Below, in pieces: positions 10,601 through 21,373 of a stretch of DNA of 64,000 bases. The position numbers and the translations under genes are program-made. Source of the DNA: Chitinophagaceae bacterium UBA1930. Lineage in GTDB: Bacteria; Bacteroidota; Bacteroidia; Chitinophagales; Chitinophagaceae. The stretch spans positions 1-64,000 of the forward strand of contig DDFK01000003.1 of assembly GCA_002337145.1 (NCBI GenBank), in the 5' to 3' direction. Numbering within the stretch: the first letter of the stretch is position 1; the number at the start of each line of letters is the position of its first letter. The notes beneath the pieces are model-generated. The model was not told the DNA's origin. It ran no database searches and was given only the letters and a program-made list of their open reading frames with translations.

Positions 10601-10624
10601 AGTTTGAAAACGTGAAAATGATAA

Positions 10625-11017
10625 GTGATGGAACAGGAACAAACAAACAGGAGCCGCATTATCGGACTGAGGCTTACACCCAAAGAATATGAACAGGTGG
10701 AAAAGAAATGGAAAGCCAGTACCTGCCGCAAGCTGAGCGACTATGTTCGCCGGAGCATCTTTGAAAAGCCCATTGTAACCACCTATCGCAACCAGTCCTT
10801 TGATGACTTTATGGCAGAGGCAATTAAGCTGCGAAACGAGTTGAACGGCATCGGCAACAACTTCAACCAAGCAGTAAAAAAACTCCATACGCTGCATCAG
10901 ATACCAGAGTTCAGGGACTGGCTTATAAGTTATGAACTGGAGAAAAAAGTCCTGCTGAATAAGGTAGATGAAATCAAAAATCACATCCAGAAAATCGGTG
11001 AAAAATGGTTGCAGTAA
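10625..11017 (+). CDS. mobA: Mobilisation relaxosome accessory protein (Bacteroides MobA / MobC-family)
   Basis: 130 aa. Precedes the relaxase with a 13-bp overlap. Contains the RLTPKEYEQV and IGNNFNQAVKKLH segments typical of ribbon-helix-helix mobilisation proteins. Confidence 0.75.
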   Translation: MMEQEQTNRSRIIGLRLTPKEYEQVEKKWKASTCRKLSDYVRRSIFEKPIVTTYRNQSFDDFMAEAIKLRNELNGIGNNFNQAVKKLHTLHQIPEFRDWLISYELEKKVLLNKVDEIKNHIQKIGEKWLQ

Positions 11018-12285
11018 TCAAGACCGGACATTCCCTTCACCGCATTTTAAATTACAATGAGAACAAGGTGAAAGAGGGTGTGGCTGAGATAATTTCAGCC
11101 GCCAATTATCCTATGGATGTTGAACAATTATCTTTTGCCCATAAATTGAACCGGTTGCAAAATCAGGCTGCTTTAAATGAAAATGTAAGCCGTAATAGCG
11201 TTCATATTTCACTCAATTTTGACCCTTCCGAACAGCTTTCAAAAGAGCGTTTGCAGGAAATCGCCGATACCTATATGCAGAAGATCGGCTTTGGCGAACA
11301 GCCTTATTTGATCTACCAGCATTTTGACGCAGGGCACCCACACATTCATATCGTATCAGTGAAGGTTAGGGCAGACGGAAGCCGTGTTGATACGCAGAAT
11401 ATTGGACGTAATCAATCCGAGAAAGCAAGGAAAGAAATCGAGCAGGCTTTTGATTTGAAGAGAGCCGAGGACAGCAAATTACAACAGCAATCCTACAAGC
11501 TCAAACCTGTCAATGTACAGAAGGTGCAGTACGGACGATCCGATACAAAAAGGGCTATCACCAATATACTTGATGCTGTCCTGAACGACTATAAATACGC
11601 CAGTCTCCCGGAGCTGAACGCTATTCTCAAACAATACAACGTTATGGCTGACCGTGGCAGTGAAAATTCAAGGGTATTCCAGAATCACGGCTTGGTGTAT
11701 AGGATATTTGATGAGCAGGGCAACAAGGTCGGTGTTCCCATCAAGGCCAGCGATTTTTACAGCAAGCCAACACTTAATTATCTGGAAGAAAAATTTGCCC
11801 CCAATGAAGCTGCCCGCCAGTCACATAAAGCAAGGGTAAAGAACGCTATAGACCTTGCTCTTTTAAAGCAGCCCGACCAGAAGCTCTCCGACTTAATGAA
11901 TACACTTGCCAAAGACGGTATAAACACCGTTCTAAGGCAAAATGAGGAAGGAATTATTTACGGAATAACCTACGTTGACCACCGCACTAAATGCGTCTTT
12001 AACGGCAGCTTATTAGGAAAGCAGTACAGTGCCAAAGGCATACTGGCACGGTGCGGTGAAAGAAAAGAACCGCTGTCACCCAAACAAGATTTTGTTAAAC
12101 AACCAGCCGCAAATGGGCTGCCTGCGGAAGAACAAAACATGTTACTGCAAAGTCAGCCAAATAAGGATGGAGTGGATTTGCTGGAAACTCTTATGCAACC
12201 TGAACACGCATCCGGCTATGTACCTAACGGTCTTCCGGGCAAAGGCAGGAAGAAAAGGAAGAAACACATTACAAAACGTCTTTGA
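11005..12285 (+). CDS. mobB: Relaxase / mobilisation nuclease (MobB-type)
   Basis: Contains the HFDAGHPHIHIV histidine triad of relaxases (HxH..H). 426 aa. Sits between the accessory protein and the coupling protein. Confidence 0.85.
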   Translation: MVAVIKTGHSLHRILNYNENKVKEGVAEIISAANYPMDVEQLSFAHKLNRLQNQAALNENVSRNSVHISLNFDPSEQLSKERLQEIADTYMQKIGFGEQPYLIYQHFDAGHPHIHIVSVKVRADGSRVDTQNIGRNQSEKARKEIEQAFDLKRAEDSKLQQQSYKLKPVNVQKVQYGRSDTKRAITNILDAVLNDYKYASLPELNAILKQYNVMADRGSENSRVFQNHGLVYRIFDEQGNKVGVPIKASDFYSKPTLNYLEEKFAPNEAARQSHKARVKNAIDLALLKQPDQKLSDLMNTLAKDGINTVLRQNEEGIIYGITYVDHRTKCVFNGSLLGKQYSAKGILARCGERKEPLSPKQDFVKQPAANGLPAEEQNMLLQSQPNKDGVDLLETLMQPEHASGYVPNGLPGKGRKKRKKHITKRL

Positions 12286-12306
12286 TCATTTTTAAATATC
12301 ACAGCT

Positions 12307-14289
12307 ATGCAAACAGGAGAAAACGAACAGGCGCTGAGAAAGATACTGGATATGACCAGGCTGATCAGCATAGCAATTTTGGTATTGCATTTTTATTACT
12401 ACTGCTATGCCGCATTCGCAGAGTGGCGGCTAACTGTCACACTTACCGACCGGCTAGTGGGCAATATCCGTAACACGGGATTGTTCAACAACTTCCATAC
12501 ATCCAAGCTTTTTGCGTTGGGCTTTCTGACGATTTCCCTGATGGGTGCAAGAGGTAGAAAAGATGAGAAGTTGAACTATAAAACTGCCTTTGCTTACATC
12601 ATTACAGGTTTACTCATTTACTTCCTGAGCTATCTATCCCTGCTTCCCAAAATTTCCTTGACGACTGCAGCCATACTGTATATAAGCATTACAGCTATCG
12701 GGTTCATGTTAGTTCTGTCAGGAGGGACTTTACTTTCCCGTGTAATACAGCAAAAATTAAATAACAAGGACATCTTCAACAAGGAGAATGAAACCTTTCC
12801 GCAGGAAGAAAGGTTGCTGGAAAATGAGTTTTCTGTTAACCTTCCGGCACAATATAAGCTAAAGGGAAAGACACGTAAAAGTTGGATAAATATCATCAAT
12901 CCGTTCAGGGCATTGATGGTGCTTGGCTCACCCGGAGCGGGTAAATCCTACTTCGTTATCAGGCATGTGATCACGCAGCATATCAAAAAGGGTTTCACCA
13001 TGTTTGTGTACGATTTTAAGTTTGATGACCTTTCCAAAATTGTATATAACACCTGGCTGAAGTATAAAACGAAATACCCGGTAGAGCCTATGTTTTATGT
13101 GATCAATTTTGACGACCTAACACGTAGTCATAGGTGCAATCCGTTGGATCACGAAAGCATGACGGATATAACGGATGCAGCCGAATCAGCCCGTACCATC
13201 CTGATGGGCCTGAACAGGGAATGGATCAAGCGGCAGGGTGATTTCTTTGTTGAATCGCCGATCAATTTTCTGACAGCTATTATTTGGTATTTGCGGAAAT
13301 ACAAAGATGGGGAGTTCTGTACGCTGCCCCATGTAATCGAACTGATGCAGATGGACTATGACAGTCTGTTTACCGCCCTGCGTACCGAGAAGGAAATTGA
13401 GGTGCTGATAAACCCGTTTGTTAATGCTTATCTGAACGATGTAATGGAGCAACTGGAGGGACAAATTGCCGCCGCTAAGATCGCTTTAGCCAGGCTTTCT
13501 TCTCCACAGCTATACTATGTATTATCCGGTAACGACTTCAAGCTGGACATCAATAATCCCGACCGCCCAAAGATTGTTTGCATGGGAAATAACCCGCAGA
13601 AAATACAGATTTACGGAGCCGTATTATCACTGTATGTGACCCGTTTGGTTAAGCTGGTGAACAAAAAAGGAAAGCAAAAGAGCAGCCTCATTTTTGATGA
13701 GTTCCCAACCATCTATCTCAATAATATGGATAGCCTGATTGCTACCGCCCGTAGTAATGAAGTAGCTACCTGCTTGGGCGTTCAGGATTTCAGCCAGCTA
13801 CGCAAGGATTATGGCAAGGAGCAGGCTGATGTGATCATGAATATCACAGGCAACATCGTAAGCGGTCAAGTTACGGGCGACACATCTAAGCAGCTTAGTG
13901 AACGGTTTGGGAAGATCATGCAGGACCGTGAAAGCCTGTCCATAAACAGCCAGGATACATCCATAAGCCGTTCAAAACAATTGGAGGCTGCTATACCACC
14001 GTCAAAGATTTCAGCCCTGTCTTCAGGCGAATTTGTGGGTATGGTGGCAGACGACCCGGATTGCAAGATTGAACTTAAATCCTTCCATTGTGAGATTTTA
14101 AACAACCACGAGGCATTGAAGCAGGAGCAAGAAAATTATAAGGAGATCCCCGTTATTCGTAAGCTGGATAATGCAATGGTACAGCGGAATTATTTGCAGA
14201 TAAAACAGGATGTTCAGGAGATTATCCAGTCTGAACTAGAGCGGGTGTTAAGTGATCCTGGACTAAGCCACTTAGTGATAAAAAAATAA
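12307..14289 (+). CDS. mobC: Type IV secretion coupling protein (TraG/TraD-like; Bacteroides MobC)
   Basis: N-terminal transmembrane helices, Walker A motif GSPGAGKS and Walker B motif SLIFDEF. 660 aa. Confidence 0.85.
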   Translation: MQTGENEQALRKILDMTRLISIAILVLHFYYYCYAAFAEWRLTVTLTDRLVGNIRNTGLFNNFHTSKLFALGFLTISLMGARGRKDEKLNYKTAFAYIITGLLIYFLSYLSLLPKISLTTAAILYISITAIGFMLVLSGGTLLSRVIQQKLNNKDIFNKENETFPQEERLLENEFSVNLPAQYKLKGKTRKSWINIINPFRALMVLGSPGAGKSYFVIRHVITQHIKKGFTMFVYDFKFDDLSKIVYNTWLKYKTKYPVEPMFYVINFDDLTRSHRCNPLDHESMTDITDAAESARTILMGLNREWIKRQGDFFVESPINFLTAIIWYLRKYKDGEFCTLPHVIELMQMDYDSLFTALRTEKEIEVLINPFVNAYLNDVMEQLEGQIAAAKIALARLSSPQLYYVLSGNDFKLDINNPDRPKIVCMGNNPQKIQIYGAVLSLYVTRLVKLVNKKGKQKSSLIFDEFPTIYLNNMDSLIATARSNEVATCLGVQDFSQLRKDYGKEQADVIMNITGNIVSGQVTGDTSKQLSERFGKIMQDRESLSINSQDTSISRSKQLEAAIPPSKISALSSGEFVGMVADDPDCKIELKSFHCEILNNHEALKQEQENYKEIPVIRKLDNAMVQRNYLQIKQDVQEIIQSELERVLSDPGLSHLVIKK

Positions 14290-14381
14290 CCATTCAAAAT
14301 ACCAAACAATCCGAATGTTTTAATTAAGTTTACGTCTGCAAAAGGGGATTTAAAGCGTCCCCTTAAACAAATAAAAACTTA

Positions 14382-15185
14382 ATGAAAGTTCAATACGGAT
14401 ATTTGGAAGACTTCATTGTTGAGCTGCGCTCGTCGGGGCGATATGCGTTTTCTTTGGGCGAAGTTAGAAACAAATTTGAGCAGTCTAACGAGGCAATTAA
14501 GAAGGCTTTGCAACGGCTTAAAGCAAAGGGCGAAATCGCATTGGTGAGAAATGAATTTTATGTTATAGTTACTCCTGAATACAGAAGCAAAGGAGTACCG
14601 CCGCCGTCGCTCTTTGTCGCAGACCTTATGAAATTTTTGAATCGAGAATATTATGTGGCATTGTTAAATGCAGCGGCATACTATGGAGCTGCCCACCAAC
14701 AGCCACAATCCTTTTCGATAATAACCACTAAACCCAGCTTAAGAGATATTATAAAAGACAATCTTAAAATAAATTTTATTGTAAAGAAAGATTGGTCTGA
14801 AGTTGATATAACAAAGAGGAAGGTTGACACTGGCTATATTAATGTTTCCTCTCCTGAATTAACTGCATTGGATTTGGTTTATTACTACGAGCAGTCGGGA
14901 GGATTAAACAGAGTCGCTACAGTTTTGGAGGAATTAAGCGAGATTATCAATATTGACAAGTTGATCGAGACAGTTTCAAGATATTCTTCTGTAACCACCG
15001 TTCAGCGATTGGGGTTTCTGTTCGATGAAATTTTAGGACTCAAAGATTTAAGTGGACCACTAAAAGATTATTTGAATAGCGTCAATCATTTTCCAGTTTT
15101 ACTTAGGCCACAAAAAGAGAAAGTTGATATGATTACTGGAAATGATTGGAAGGTTGTACAGAACATAGATATACAAGTTGACTAA
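14382..15185 (+). CDS. abiEi: AbiEi antitoxin (type IV toxin-antitoxin / abortive infection)
   Basis: N-terminal winged-helix pattern of AbiEi_4 (FSLGEVRNKF...ALQRLKAKGEIALVRNEFYVIV). Stop codon abuts the start of the nucleotidyltransferase gene at 15186. Confidence 0.75.
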   Translation: MKVQYGYLEDFIVELRSSGRYAFSLGEVRNKFEQSNEAIKKALQRLKAKGEIALVRNEFYVIVTPEYRSKGVPPPSLFVADLMKFLNREYYVALLNAAAYYGAAHQQPQSFSIITTKPSLRDIIKDNLKINFIVKKDWSEVDITKRKVDTGYINVSSPELTALDLVYYYEQSGGLNRVATVLEELSEIINIDKLIETVSRYSSVTTVQRLGFLFDEILGLKDLSGPLKDYLNSVNHFPVLLRPQKEKVDMITGNDWKVVQNIDIQVD

Positions 15186-15968
15186 ATGATACCTAAAGCG
15201 TATATAACAGCATGGAGAAACAAGGCTCCTTGGCAGGAAGATTACCAAGTGGAGCAAGACCTGGTAATTGAACGGTCGTTGATGGCTATTTATGAGGATG
15301 ACTTTCTCAGAAAGCGGCTTGCTTTTAGAGGCGGAACCGCCCTGCATAAGTTACACTTAGCACCGGCGGTCAGATACTCAGAAGATATTGATCTTGTTCA
15401 AATTGAAGCAGAAGCCTTTGGCCCTGTTATAGATAGGCTAAGAGAGGTATTATTGTTTTTAGGCGACAACCCTATCAGGAAGCAAAAACAGCATAACAAT
15501 ACTCTGATATATAGATTTAATTCCGAAGATGATATTCCCCTTCGATTGAAGGTCGAGGTAAACTGTCGTGAACATCACACAATTTACGGCATTAAAGAAA
15601 TGAGGTACAAAATGGATTCTGAATTGTACAAAAGTGAGGTTCTCATCCCTACCTATGAATTAGCTGAATTGTTAGGAACTAAAATGAGAGCAATGTATCA
15701 ACGTAGTAAAGGAAGGGATCTTTTTGATATGTGGTACGCGATAAAACAAACTGGTATTGAATCATCCAGGATTTTGGACGCATGGAATTTTTATATGGAG
15801 CATGAAGACCATAGTATTTCTAAGCAAGAATTTATTGATAATATGGGAAAAAAGGCTGTAGATCGAGAATTTATCAACGACATGCAGGGGCTTCTCAGAC
15901 CGGGAATTCTTTATGATGCACAGGAAGCATATGAATTTATAGCAATCAAACTATTGGAAAGAATCTAA
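15186..15968 (+). CDS. abiEii: AbiEii/AbiGii-family nucleotidyltransferase toxin
   Basis: Contains the LAFRGGTALHKLHL motif and the SEDIDLV acidic motif of DUF1814/AbiEii nucleotidyltransferases. 260 aa. Confidence 0.85.
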   Translation: MIPKAYITAWRNKAPWQEDYQVEQDLVIERSLMAIYEDDFLRKRLAFRGGTALHKLHLAPAVRYSEDIDLVQIEAEAFGPVIDRLREVLLFLGDNPIRKQKQHNNTLIYRFNSEDDIPLRLKVEVNCREHHTIYGIKEMRYKMDSELYKSEVLIPTYELAELLGTKMRAMYQRSKGRDLFDMWYAIKQTGIESSRILDAWNFYMEHEDHSISKQEFIDNMGKKAVDREFINDMQGLLRPGILYDAQEAYEFIAIKLLERI

Positions 15969-15969
15969 G

Positions 15970-17493
15970 ATGAAGAAGATAATCAATGAAAAATTGCCTG
16001 CGGAGTGGGCTATATCTAAACTGTCAGATATAGCTCATATCAATATGGGCCAATCTCCTTCATCCGACACGTATAATTTGGAAGGGGTCGGCTTGCCTTT
16101 TTTTCAGGGGAAAGCGGAGTTCGGGGATATTTACCCTAAAGTCCAAAAATTTTGCTCGTCGCCGCTCAAAACAGCCGAAAAGGATGATATACTTATTTCG
16201 GTCAGAGCCCCGATTGGACCTACAAATTTAGCACCGCAAAAATGTTGTATTGGTAGAGGGCTTGCGAGCATAAAAACTTTTGGAAATATATCACACCGGT
16301 ACCTTCTCTATTACTTAAGATTAATAGAAAAGGAAATAGTGGAATTGGGAACGGGTACTACATTTAAAGCCGTATCAAAAAGTAATATAGAAAACATAGA
16401 TATTATTATTCCTCCTTTAGAAGAACAAAATGCTATAGTTGCAAGAGTTGAAGAACTTTTTAGTGAATTAGATAATGCTTCTTTAAAGTTAAATGAACTA
16501 ATCATAAAGCTAAATATCCATAAGCAATCATTTTTTAAAAGCATTTTTAGTGAAGGGATTGCTTTCAAAAAGCAAGAGTTCACACCATTAAAAGATATCA
16601 GTACTATTGTCGGTGGAGTTACTAAAGGCCGTGATCTAATAAACCGGGAAACAGTTGATTTGCCTTATTTAAGGGTAGCAAACGTTCAGGATGGCTACTT
16701 AGATCTTTCCGAAGTGAAGACAATTACTGTACTCCCTTCGGACAAGGAAAAATATCGGTTGGAACATGGCGACATACTATATACTGAAGGCGGTGATCGC
16801 GACAAATTAGGAAGAGGCACAGTTTGGAAAGGAGAGATCAAAGACTGTATCCATCAAAACCATGTATTTCGAGCGAGATTATCAACACCTAATTTCGATG
16901 CAAAATATATTTCATACTATTCACAGTCAAAAAATGCTAAGGATTATTTCTATATCAATGGCAAGCAGACTACCAACCTGGCATCAATAAATATCACTAT
17001 TCTATCTAATCTGCTTATTCCCGTTTGTCCGATTGAGGATCAGGTAAAAATTGTTGAAAAAATTGATTACTATATCAGTATTTACAATTATGCAAAATGT
17101 CGAATGCAGGAAGCTATTCAGGATATTACAATTTTAAAACACGGAGTACTAACTAAAGCCTATACAGGCCAACTTTTGTCCCCAATCAACACAAGCTCTA
17201 TTGAGGAATTATTTAAAGTAATTGAAATGGAAAAAAACGAACAACTTCAAAATAGCAAAAAGCGTGAAAAGCCATTACAAAGAGTGGCCAGAAAGGCAAG
17301 TCAGGGACAAACTATCATGCAAGTGTTAACGAATGCCGTCACACCATTGTCTGCTAAAGCTGTCTGGGAAAAAAGTATTTACAAAGGAAACATAGAACTC
17401 TTCTATGGTGAACTCAAAAAACTTCAGCACTTGGTAATTGAAGAGAGAAAAGGTTTTCTGTCACTTAAAAAACAAAATCAAGATGAGAATTGA
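15970..17493 (+). CDS. hsdS: Type I restriction-modification specificity subunit
   Basis: 507 aa with two target-recognition-domain halves separated by conserved coiled-coil regions (LEEQNAIVARVEELFSELD). Starts with LPAEWAISKLSDI. Confidence 0.9.
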   Translation: MKKIINEKLPAEWAISKLSDIAHINMGQSPSSDTYNLEGVGLPFFQGKAEFGDIYPKVQKFCSSPLKTAEKDDILISVRAPIGPTNLAPQKCCIGRGLASIKTFGNISHRYLLYYLRLIEKEIVELGTGTTFKAVSKSNIENIDIIIPPLEEQNAIVARVEELFSELDNASLKLNELIIKLNIHKQSFFKSIFSEGIAFKKQEFTPLKDISTIVGGVTKGRDLINRETVDLPYLRVANVQDGYLDLSEVKTITVLPSDKEKYRLEHGDILYTEGGDRDKLGRGTVWKGEIKDCIHQNHVFRARLSTPNFDAKYISYYSQSKNAKDYFYINGKQTTNLASINITILSNLLIPVCPIEDQVKIVEKIDYYISIYNYAKCRMQEAIQDITILKHGVLTKAYTGQLLSPINTSSIEELFKVIEMEKNEQLQNSKKREKPLQRVARKASQGQTIMQVLTNAVTPLSAKAVWEKSIYKGNIELFYGELKKLQHLVIEERKGFLSLKKQNQDEN

Positions 17494-19063
17494 TAAAGTG
17501 CACATAAAAACCAGATTCAAAAATCTGGAGGATTTCAGAATTGATATCGACGAGAAAGCCATGGAGACGGTTTTGTTGGGACTCAACGCGACCGGAAAAT
17601 CCAATTTTATGGAAGCACTGGTGATAATATTCAGAGATTTGGATCTGACTTTTAATTACAATAGGAAACAGTTTCCCACTTTTGATTTTTATATAAAGTA
17701 TGAGTGTCGTAGCCACATTGTGGAAGTGAGCCATGATAATAATAAATATTCTTTTGTTGTCGATGGCTCTTCTGAAACTACTGCTTTTACAAGGAGTATC
17801 GATCAATACCTGCCTAAACACATATTTATATATTATTCTGGTATAAGCGATAGGTTGCAAGACCTCTACATACCCCATCAAAAACTTTACTACGATCAGA
17901 TAATAAAAGAGCACGCTAAGAAAGAAAACTTCAACACGATCCGCCGGATCTTTTTAGCTCAAAATGTTCATGCCAATTTTGCGTTAATCGCTTTTTATCT
18001 TTTTCCTGACCAGTCAAATGAAACACTACAATTTTTAAAACAGGAACTAAAGATTACAGACTTTGGATCTGCACTGTTTATGCTTAAGGAACCAGCTTGG
18101 GTTCAACCAAAAAATAAAACTGAATTGTTTTGGGGCGCAGATGGCCTTGTGAGAAAGTTATTGGACGATCTATATGAAATAGCTTTCGCACCTATCGAAG
18201 AAAAGGCAAGGGTCAATGTGAGTTACAAAAAAACGGAAACCCAACACCGAAAGTATTTATTCATCAAAGACCTGAATGATTTTAAACAACTAATCGATGC
18301 AAAATATAGCAACAAGATTGAATTGTTTAATGCTTTAGAAAGCATCCACATTTCTGATCTTTTACATGATGTAAAAATTACTGTTGATAAGGAATCGGTC
18401 GATGGCGAGTTAGCTATGAGCGAGCTTAGCGAGGGCGAAAAGCAGCTATTGACAGTTTTGGGATTACTGAAATTTACCAAAGATGAAGAATCTCTGATAC
18501 TACTTGACGAGCCGGACACCCATTTGAACCCGATTTGGAAATGGAAATACCTCGATTATTTGGATAGTGTTGTGAAGAGGCAAGACACAACGCAAATTAT
18601 ATTTTGTTCGCATGACCCTTTAGTGATTGGAAACCTAAAAAGGAACCAGGTACAGATATTTAAAAAGAATGAGGAAGGTAAAACAGAGGCATTTAATCCT
18701 TTTATCAGTCCGAGGGAAATGAGTGTTTCTAAGATACTGACCAGCGAATTGTTTGGAATACCATCTTTAATCAGCAAGAAACTTGAAGACCTGCTCAATC
18801 AGAAACGCCATTTGCAAGCCAAGCTTACAAATGGGGAATTACCAGAAGATGAAAGATTAGAGTTTGAGCGGTTAAAAAAATATTTTGATCGTATAGGATT
18901 CGATGATGATACGACGGACAGCAGATATAACAGGTTTTTGCAGCTTACAAGTGAGAATGAAGCCTTTGTTAATCGTAAATATACCAAAGCTGAGGAAGAG
19001 GAATTGGACAGAATTTCCCGCGAAGTGCTTGATGAAATAACAAAAGAAGAGAAAAAAGCATGA
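17482..19063 (+). CDS. ptuA: AAA15/ABC-type ATPase, Septu PtuA-like
   Basis: Start overlaps the hsdS stop (atgagaattga). Walker A motif LLGLNATGKSNFMEAL. ABC-signature-like LSEGEKQLL followed by Walker B LLLDEPDTHLNP. Size and architecture match PtuA (from memory). Confidence 0.55.
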
Positions 19064-19938
19064 GGTATATAGACAATAGCAGACTTGAGCAAGTAGCAAT
19101 TGATATTGGATGGGATGCCGTCAGGCAAAACCATATAAATAATATGGTTGGATTAAGCATAGCTGACAGAAAGGTCTATATAACAGATCATCCTGACTGG
19201 AATATGTTTCAGCCCCACATGCTTGCTCTTTCGCATAATAAATGTTGGTATTCTGAAGCTCCTATCGGAAATGGCGATTTTGAGGTGGATCATTTTCGGC
19301 CTAAAAATAAATCGAAACAGAAAATTGACTACACTAATACCAAGAGCAAATCTGTCGTTCACAAGGAAAATGGTTATTGGTGGAAGGCATATGATTGGGA
19401 TAATTATAGATTGGCTGGAGCATTGGCGAACAAACTCAGAAGGGATCGTCTTGGTGACTGTGAAGACGTAAAAGGAAAAGGAGATTATTTCCCTCTTGAT
19501 CTGGCATTGGGCCGAGTTGCAAATGACGAAGAAAATTTAACTTGTGAAGAACCTGTATTATTAGACCCCACAAATCCGGTAGATGTGTCCCTTCTCACTT
19601 TCGACAAAGGAATTCCTATTCCCGCGACGACAGACGATGAGGAAATAGATAGAGTTAAGCAATCGATATTTTATTATCACCTCGACTTGGATCAGCTTAA
19701 TACTGCAAGAAAAATAGTTTGGGATGATTGTGTAGCCCAAATAAAGGATGTTAAGAAAAATATAGACAATTCTGCACCAGCAGTGAAAAAAGCAATGATA
19801 AGGAAGTGCTTTGAAGAGTTAATTAAATTGGTGGATTCCGAAAGAAAATCATATACGAGCACTGCAAAAGCGTGTATGATGGTCTATTCAGAACTTGATG
19901 GATATTCCTGGTTAAAAAATTTAGTAAGAACGTTATGA
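19060..19938 (+). CDS. ptuB: HNH endonuclease, Septu PtuB-like
   Basis: HNH motif CWYSEAPIGNGDFEVDHFRPK. 292 aa. Translationally coupled to the ATPase (4-bp overlap) and to hsdM downstream. Confidence 0.5.
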   Translation: MRYIDNSRLEQVAIDIGWDAVRQNHINNMVGLSIADRKVYITDHPDWNMFQPHMLALSHNKCWYSEAPIGNGDFEVDHFRPKNKSKQKIDYTNTKSKSVVHKENGYWWKAYDWDNYRLAGALANKLRRDRLGDCEDVKGKGDYFPLDLALGRVANDEENLTCEEPVLLDPTNPVDVSLLTFDKGIPIPATTDDEEIDRVKQSIFYYHLDLDQLNTARKIVWDDCVAQIKDVKKNIDNSAPAVKKAMIRKCFEELIKLVDSERKSYTSTAKACMMVYSELDGYSWLKNLVRTL

Positions 19939-21368
19939 CAACAAACAACCTTGTACAGAAAATATGGTCATTTTGCGATACGTTGCGGGATGATGGCTTG
20001 GGATACAATGATTATCTTGAGCAGCTAACTTATCTGCTGTTTCTCAAAATGGCCGATGAGAATAAAAATAAATACAGCTTGCCGGACATCTGTGACTGGA
20101 AGAGCCTTGTAGCCAATAAAGGCGGGGAACTACTGGATCAGTATGAGAAAATATTGAAAACACTTGCAGATTCCGGCGGCATGTTAAAAAAGATTTTTTC
20201 AGGTGCACAAAATAAAATTCATGACTCATCAAAATTGCAGCGCCTTATTAATCTGATTGACGAAGAAAATTGGACATCCACAGGTTACGATATCAAAGGG
20301 GAAATTTACGAGTCACTGCTCCAAAAAAATGCTGAAAATAGTGGAGCTGGTCAATATTTTACTCCAAGATCCGTAATTCAAACCATAGTCGAATGTATAA
20401 AACCTCAGCCTTCAGAAACGATAGCAGATCCCTCCTGCGGCACAGGTGGCTTTTTTTTAGGCGCACTGGAATATTTAAATAGAAGTAAGCTGAGCCAAAC
20501 AGAACTAAAATTTATAAAGTTTGATACATTTCATGGATGGGAAATAGAAAAGGCAACAGCACGCCTTTGCTTAATGAATCTTTACTTGCATGGTGTAGGT
20601 GACCTGAAAAAGACACCTGATATACAGGTTACGGATAGCTTGAAAGCAAGCGACATTAAAAAAGTAAAAATAGTATTGGCTAATCCACCTTTTGGCAAGA
20701 GCAGTAGTGATATTCCTACGAACGACGCAAAAATGGCCGAAAAAGATGGATATTTTTTAAGAGAAGATTTCTGGGTAACAACAAGTAACAAGCAACTTGC
20801 TTTCTTACAACACATAGTGAATATGTTGGAGGATAATGGCCGTGCTGCCGTTGTTCTGCCAGATAATGTACTTTTTGAAGGAGGCGCTGGTGAAATAATC
20901 CGTCGCAAACTTCTCGAAGACGTTCATTTACATACTATTCTGCGATTGCCTACGGGTATTTTTTACGCCCAGGGAGTCAATGCCAATGTACTGTTCTTTG
21001 ATAAAAAGCAAGTTTCTAAAAAGACAAAAAAAGAAGTTTGGTTATACGACTACAGAACAAATATTCATCATACCCCTAAAAAGAATCCATTGTCCTTTAA
21101 CAGCCTATTGCCGTTCATTGAGTGTTATAACGAAAAGAAAAGGAAGGAAACATGGGGACAAGACAATCCACAAGGACGTTGGAAAAAATATAGCCATGAG
21201 GAGATATTAGCCAGAGATAAAGTAAATTTTGACATAACCTGGCTTAAAGATGGAAATTCAATTGATATGGATGCATTACCAGAACCAGATGTATTAATTG
21301 GTGAAATCATAGATAACTTAGAAATCGTACTCAACAACCTGAGAAATGTAAAGGATTCGGTGTCGTAA
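19935..21368 (+). CDS. hsdM: Type I restriction-modification N6-adenine DNA methyltransferase subunit
   Basis: Contains the LANPPFG (NPPF) catalytic motif and the SAM-binding DPSCGTGGF motif. The HsdM N-terminal domain is present. Confidence 0.9.
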   Translation: MTTNNLVQKIWSFCDTLRDDGLGYNDYLEQLTYLLFLKMADENKNKYSLPDICDWKSLVANKGGELLDQYEKILKTLADSGGMLKKIFSGAQNKIHDSSKLQRLINLIDEENWTSTGYDIKGEIYESLLQKNAENSGAGQYFTPRSVIQTIVECIKPQPSETIADPSCGTGGFFLGALEYLNRSKLSQTELKFIKFDTFHGWEIEKATARLCLMNLYLHGVGDLKKTPDIQVTDSLKASDIKKVKIVLANPPFGKSSSDIPTNDAKMAEKDGYFLREDFWVTTSNKQLAFLQHIVNMLEDNGRAAVVLPDNVLFEGGAGEIIRRKLLEDVHLHTILRLPTGIFYAQGVNANVLFFDKKQVSKKTKKEVWLYDYRTNIHHTPKKNPLSFNSLLPFIECYNEKKRKETWGQDNPQGRWKKYSHEEILARDKVNFDITWLKDGNSIDMDALPEPDVLIGEIIDNLEIVLNNLRNVKDSVS

Positions 21369-21373
21369 TCAAC

